Notes under the pieces: model-generated
What the model was told of the DNA's origin: nothing
What the model saw: the letters and a program-made list of their open reading frames with translations, nothing else
Databases searched by the model: none
Made by a program: the position numbers and the translations under genes
Shown here: piece by piece, positions 61,252 to 64,000 of the stretch
Layout of the letters: each line of letters begins with the position of its first letter
Numbering within the stretch: position 1 is the stretch's first letter
NCBI GenBank assembly: GCA_964016885.1
Contig: OZ024742.1
Coordinates: 190,898,001-190,962,000, forward strand
Direction: 5' to 3'
Length of the DNA stretch: 64,000 nt
Source of the DNA: Eledone cirrhosa
Taxonomy: Eukaryota

Positions 61252-61970
61252 TATACACTTATATTTTACAAATTATTATAATAATTTATTTTTTAAATTA
61301 GTTAACCTATAATTAATATTCTACTATTAATGAACTGCATAATTTTATTTCCCTTTTACAGCTATCTTTTCCTAAAATGTATACCAATAAGTATACATAT
61401 AAACTATTTTAATTTCAGGTTATGAATCTATATTCCTTGTAATCTATATAAGTTTGTTATTTTTCACTAATACATTCATCCCCCCAAAAAATTTGTTTTC
61501 CTTCGTTTTTAACAACATTCTTTAATTATATCTAACTTTTATTTATCATATCTATATGAATTAATATAAATTTATCCATATACATATACTTATCAATTAA
61601 ATTAATTAATTTTCTTTTTATAGATCTAAATTCCTTATGTTTTAAATAAGATTGATATTTTTCACTAACACATTTATCGTAAAATTTTATTCTCCTTAGA
61701 TTTTAACATTAGCATTATTCTTTAATAACATCAATTTTTCGTGTACCTTTCACCGGCTTGACCTATTTTCATTCCCAAAGTAATCTTTTCATTCAAAATA
61801 CTCTTTCCATTCAAAACTGAAGTCTGCATTCGTCTACCCCTAAATTAAATTTTTACTACTACTATTCTATCAACTTGACCACTTACTACCTTTCTATTGG
61901 TCAATTCAAAACCTGTTCCCAAACAGACCTATTATATTAAATCTTTGTTGGTTTTTTTGAATAAAGAATA

Positions 61971-62109
61971 TCATTATTTCTGAAGACAGCATATATATGT
62001 GTAGGTATGTATATTCCCTCTGATAGTTTGTAAAAATATTTACATAGATCTATATGATATACATACCAACACACACATATATATCCTAGAAACAATCGTA
62101 AAATGATGA
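61971..62109 (+). ncRNA. Type I HHR with ~100-nt stem II in the PLE 3' region
   Basis: TCATTATTT-CTGAAGA-C-AG..ATATATATGTGT.GGTATGTATAT...ATATACATACC..ACACATATATAT..CT-A-GAAA-CAATCG-TA|AAATGATGA (9-bp stem I). Confidence 0.8.
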
Positions 62110-62530
62110 ATTTTTAATGTAAGAAACTGCTTCTTTGTTTTTATTCATTATTTTTATTCATTATTTTTATTAATATATATATATATATGTATGTACGTAT
62201 GTATATAAGTACATATGTATGTATGTGTGCACGTGTGTATATATGTGTGTATATATGTGTGTGTATATGCACGTATGTATATATGAAAGTATGTACGTAT
62301 ATACGTATGTACTGATAGATGGATTCATGTATGTGTTCATCTTGCATAACTTAATGGCTAGCCGAAAGACAGATTAATGAAATAAGTAACAGAATTTAAA
62401 AAAAAGAGATACTGGCGTCGGTATGGCCCGCTAAGTAAAAGCGGTGCACATGCATGTTTGCTATCTAATAACTGAAACCAGTAAAATAACAGAAGCCTAA
62501 CAGAATACACACACACATACACACACACAC

Positions 62531-62641
<111 letters not shown>

Positions 62642-63014
62642 AATATAAATTAGCGAGAATCGTATTTCGGCTATTGGAAATTAGCGAAAAACAACTTCCG
62701 AGATGTGTGGCAAGCGCTCAATAGATTCTAACGAATCAGAGCTACAACATACGTTAAAAGGTCAAACACACTGAGACGATGGTTAAACCATTATCCGCAC
62801 AGCCATAGAAACGACCAAGTAATTCGGGTCAAACAAAATAAAAAAAATATGATTGAAAAATTTGATTGAAATATATATATATACGTACATACATATATAC
62901 ATATATACATATATACACGTATACATGCATATATAGCATGTATACATAGTTAAAAACACACATATGCATATTTATATATAGATATATATATATGCGTGTG
63001 TGTATATATGTATA

Positions 63015-63300
63015 TAGTGAAGGCATGTAGCCTAGTGGTAAGAGTGTTGGACTTACGAACATAATGTCGTGCGTTCGATTCCTGGGCTGCGTACTGTGTT
63101 TTTGAGCAAAACGCTTCATTTCACTTTGCTCCAGTATACTCAGCTGTAAATGAGTACCAGCAATAGCTGGCGGTTTAACCCTGCGATGGACTAGCGTCCT
63201 GTCCAGGGGGGAGCCTTGTACTCTTAGTCGCTTCACACCATGAAACCGGATAAGCACCGGCCAAATGAGCCTTCTGGCTTAAGACAGACTTTAGTCTTAG
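63015..63300 (+). mobile_element. Full-length tRNA-derived SINE (second family)
   Basis: Box A TAGCCTAGTGG, box B GTTCGATTCC, central CTGCGATGGACTAGCGTCCTGTCCAGGGGG. Confidence 0.85.
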
Positions 63301-64000
63301 ATATATGTATATATATATGTATCCATATGCGTACATACATATATACATACTTACATACATACATATGTATATTTATATATAGATATATATGAATATTAAT
63401 AGAAATAGAGAAACAGAGGGTGAGGAGTGGGAGCAGATGAATAAATGAGAGAGAGACAAGACAAAAATAGTTCGTGAGAAAATACAATGCAAGTATATGG
63501 TGAGTGGGAGGGAAAGAGACTTGAGGAAGATAAATGGATGTGGAAATGGTGTGTTTGTGTGATAGAGAGAGATCTGGAGATAAGGAGATTTGGAGTGGGG
63601 AGAGAATGAAGAAAGGGAGAGAGGGAGAGAGATAGAGAAATAAATATATATTTCTATATATGTATGAATGTATATATATATATATTTCATAGGTTATAGA
63701 TTCCATACACTGGTGGTTTTTCCCTGTTTTATTGATAACGAACTATATATCTCTCTCTAGTGAGTTACCTTTTCAACATATTGTATTTTAAAGAGCTCAG
63801 GATTTCTTCTCCTTTGAGAACATTATTTACAGGGAATGGCGAGGGTCTATGGCTCCGCTAATTTATCGTGATATTTCGCTCCTTATAATAGTCTTTCCTA
63901 TCTCTCTGTTTAGTTGAGCACACTTCTCTGAGTGGTTTGGGGCTGCCCTTTCTAGCAGCTTGTCCCTTAGAGGCCACTGGTTCACTGCCCTTAAACACGC

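Noticed and set aside
63015-63090. Possible tRNA gene
   Set aside because: A/B boxes belong to a SINE head; no full cloverleaf

Overview
Eukaryotic, AT-rich DNA saturated with microsatellites, so intergenic or intronic. The SINE set and repeat style suggest a cephalopod, probably an octopus (inference). No intact host gene is visible, and most ORFs in the supplied track are (TA)n/(CA)n artefacts. Recognisable content: a near-full-length Penelope-like element (PLE, 8793-12891, minus), three truncated PLE GIY-YIG 3' ends, RTE LINE fragments, a truncated R4/Dong-type LINE with a restriction-like endonuclease, a non-autonomous Helitron and many tRNA-derived SINEs. The main hidden signal, read by eye, is about 20 type I hammerhead ribozyme (HHR) motifs in roughly ten unrelated, mostly non-coding repeat families. 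These families sit in (TA)n tracts, either as head-to-head hairpins (inverted arm + sense arm + 3' tail) or as partial tandems of 430-570 bp monomers, which makes them retrozyme-like, PLE-dependent elements. Several HHRs have unusual cores: U3-A8 instead of C3-G8, a recurrent C.A at the base of stem II, and stem II extensions up to about 100 nt. One short copy (59787-59902) folds back at the predicted GUC cleavage site. All folds are manual and no cleavage has been tested.
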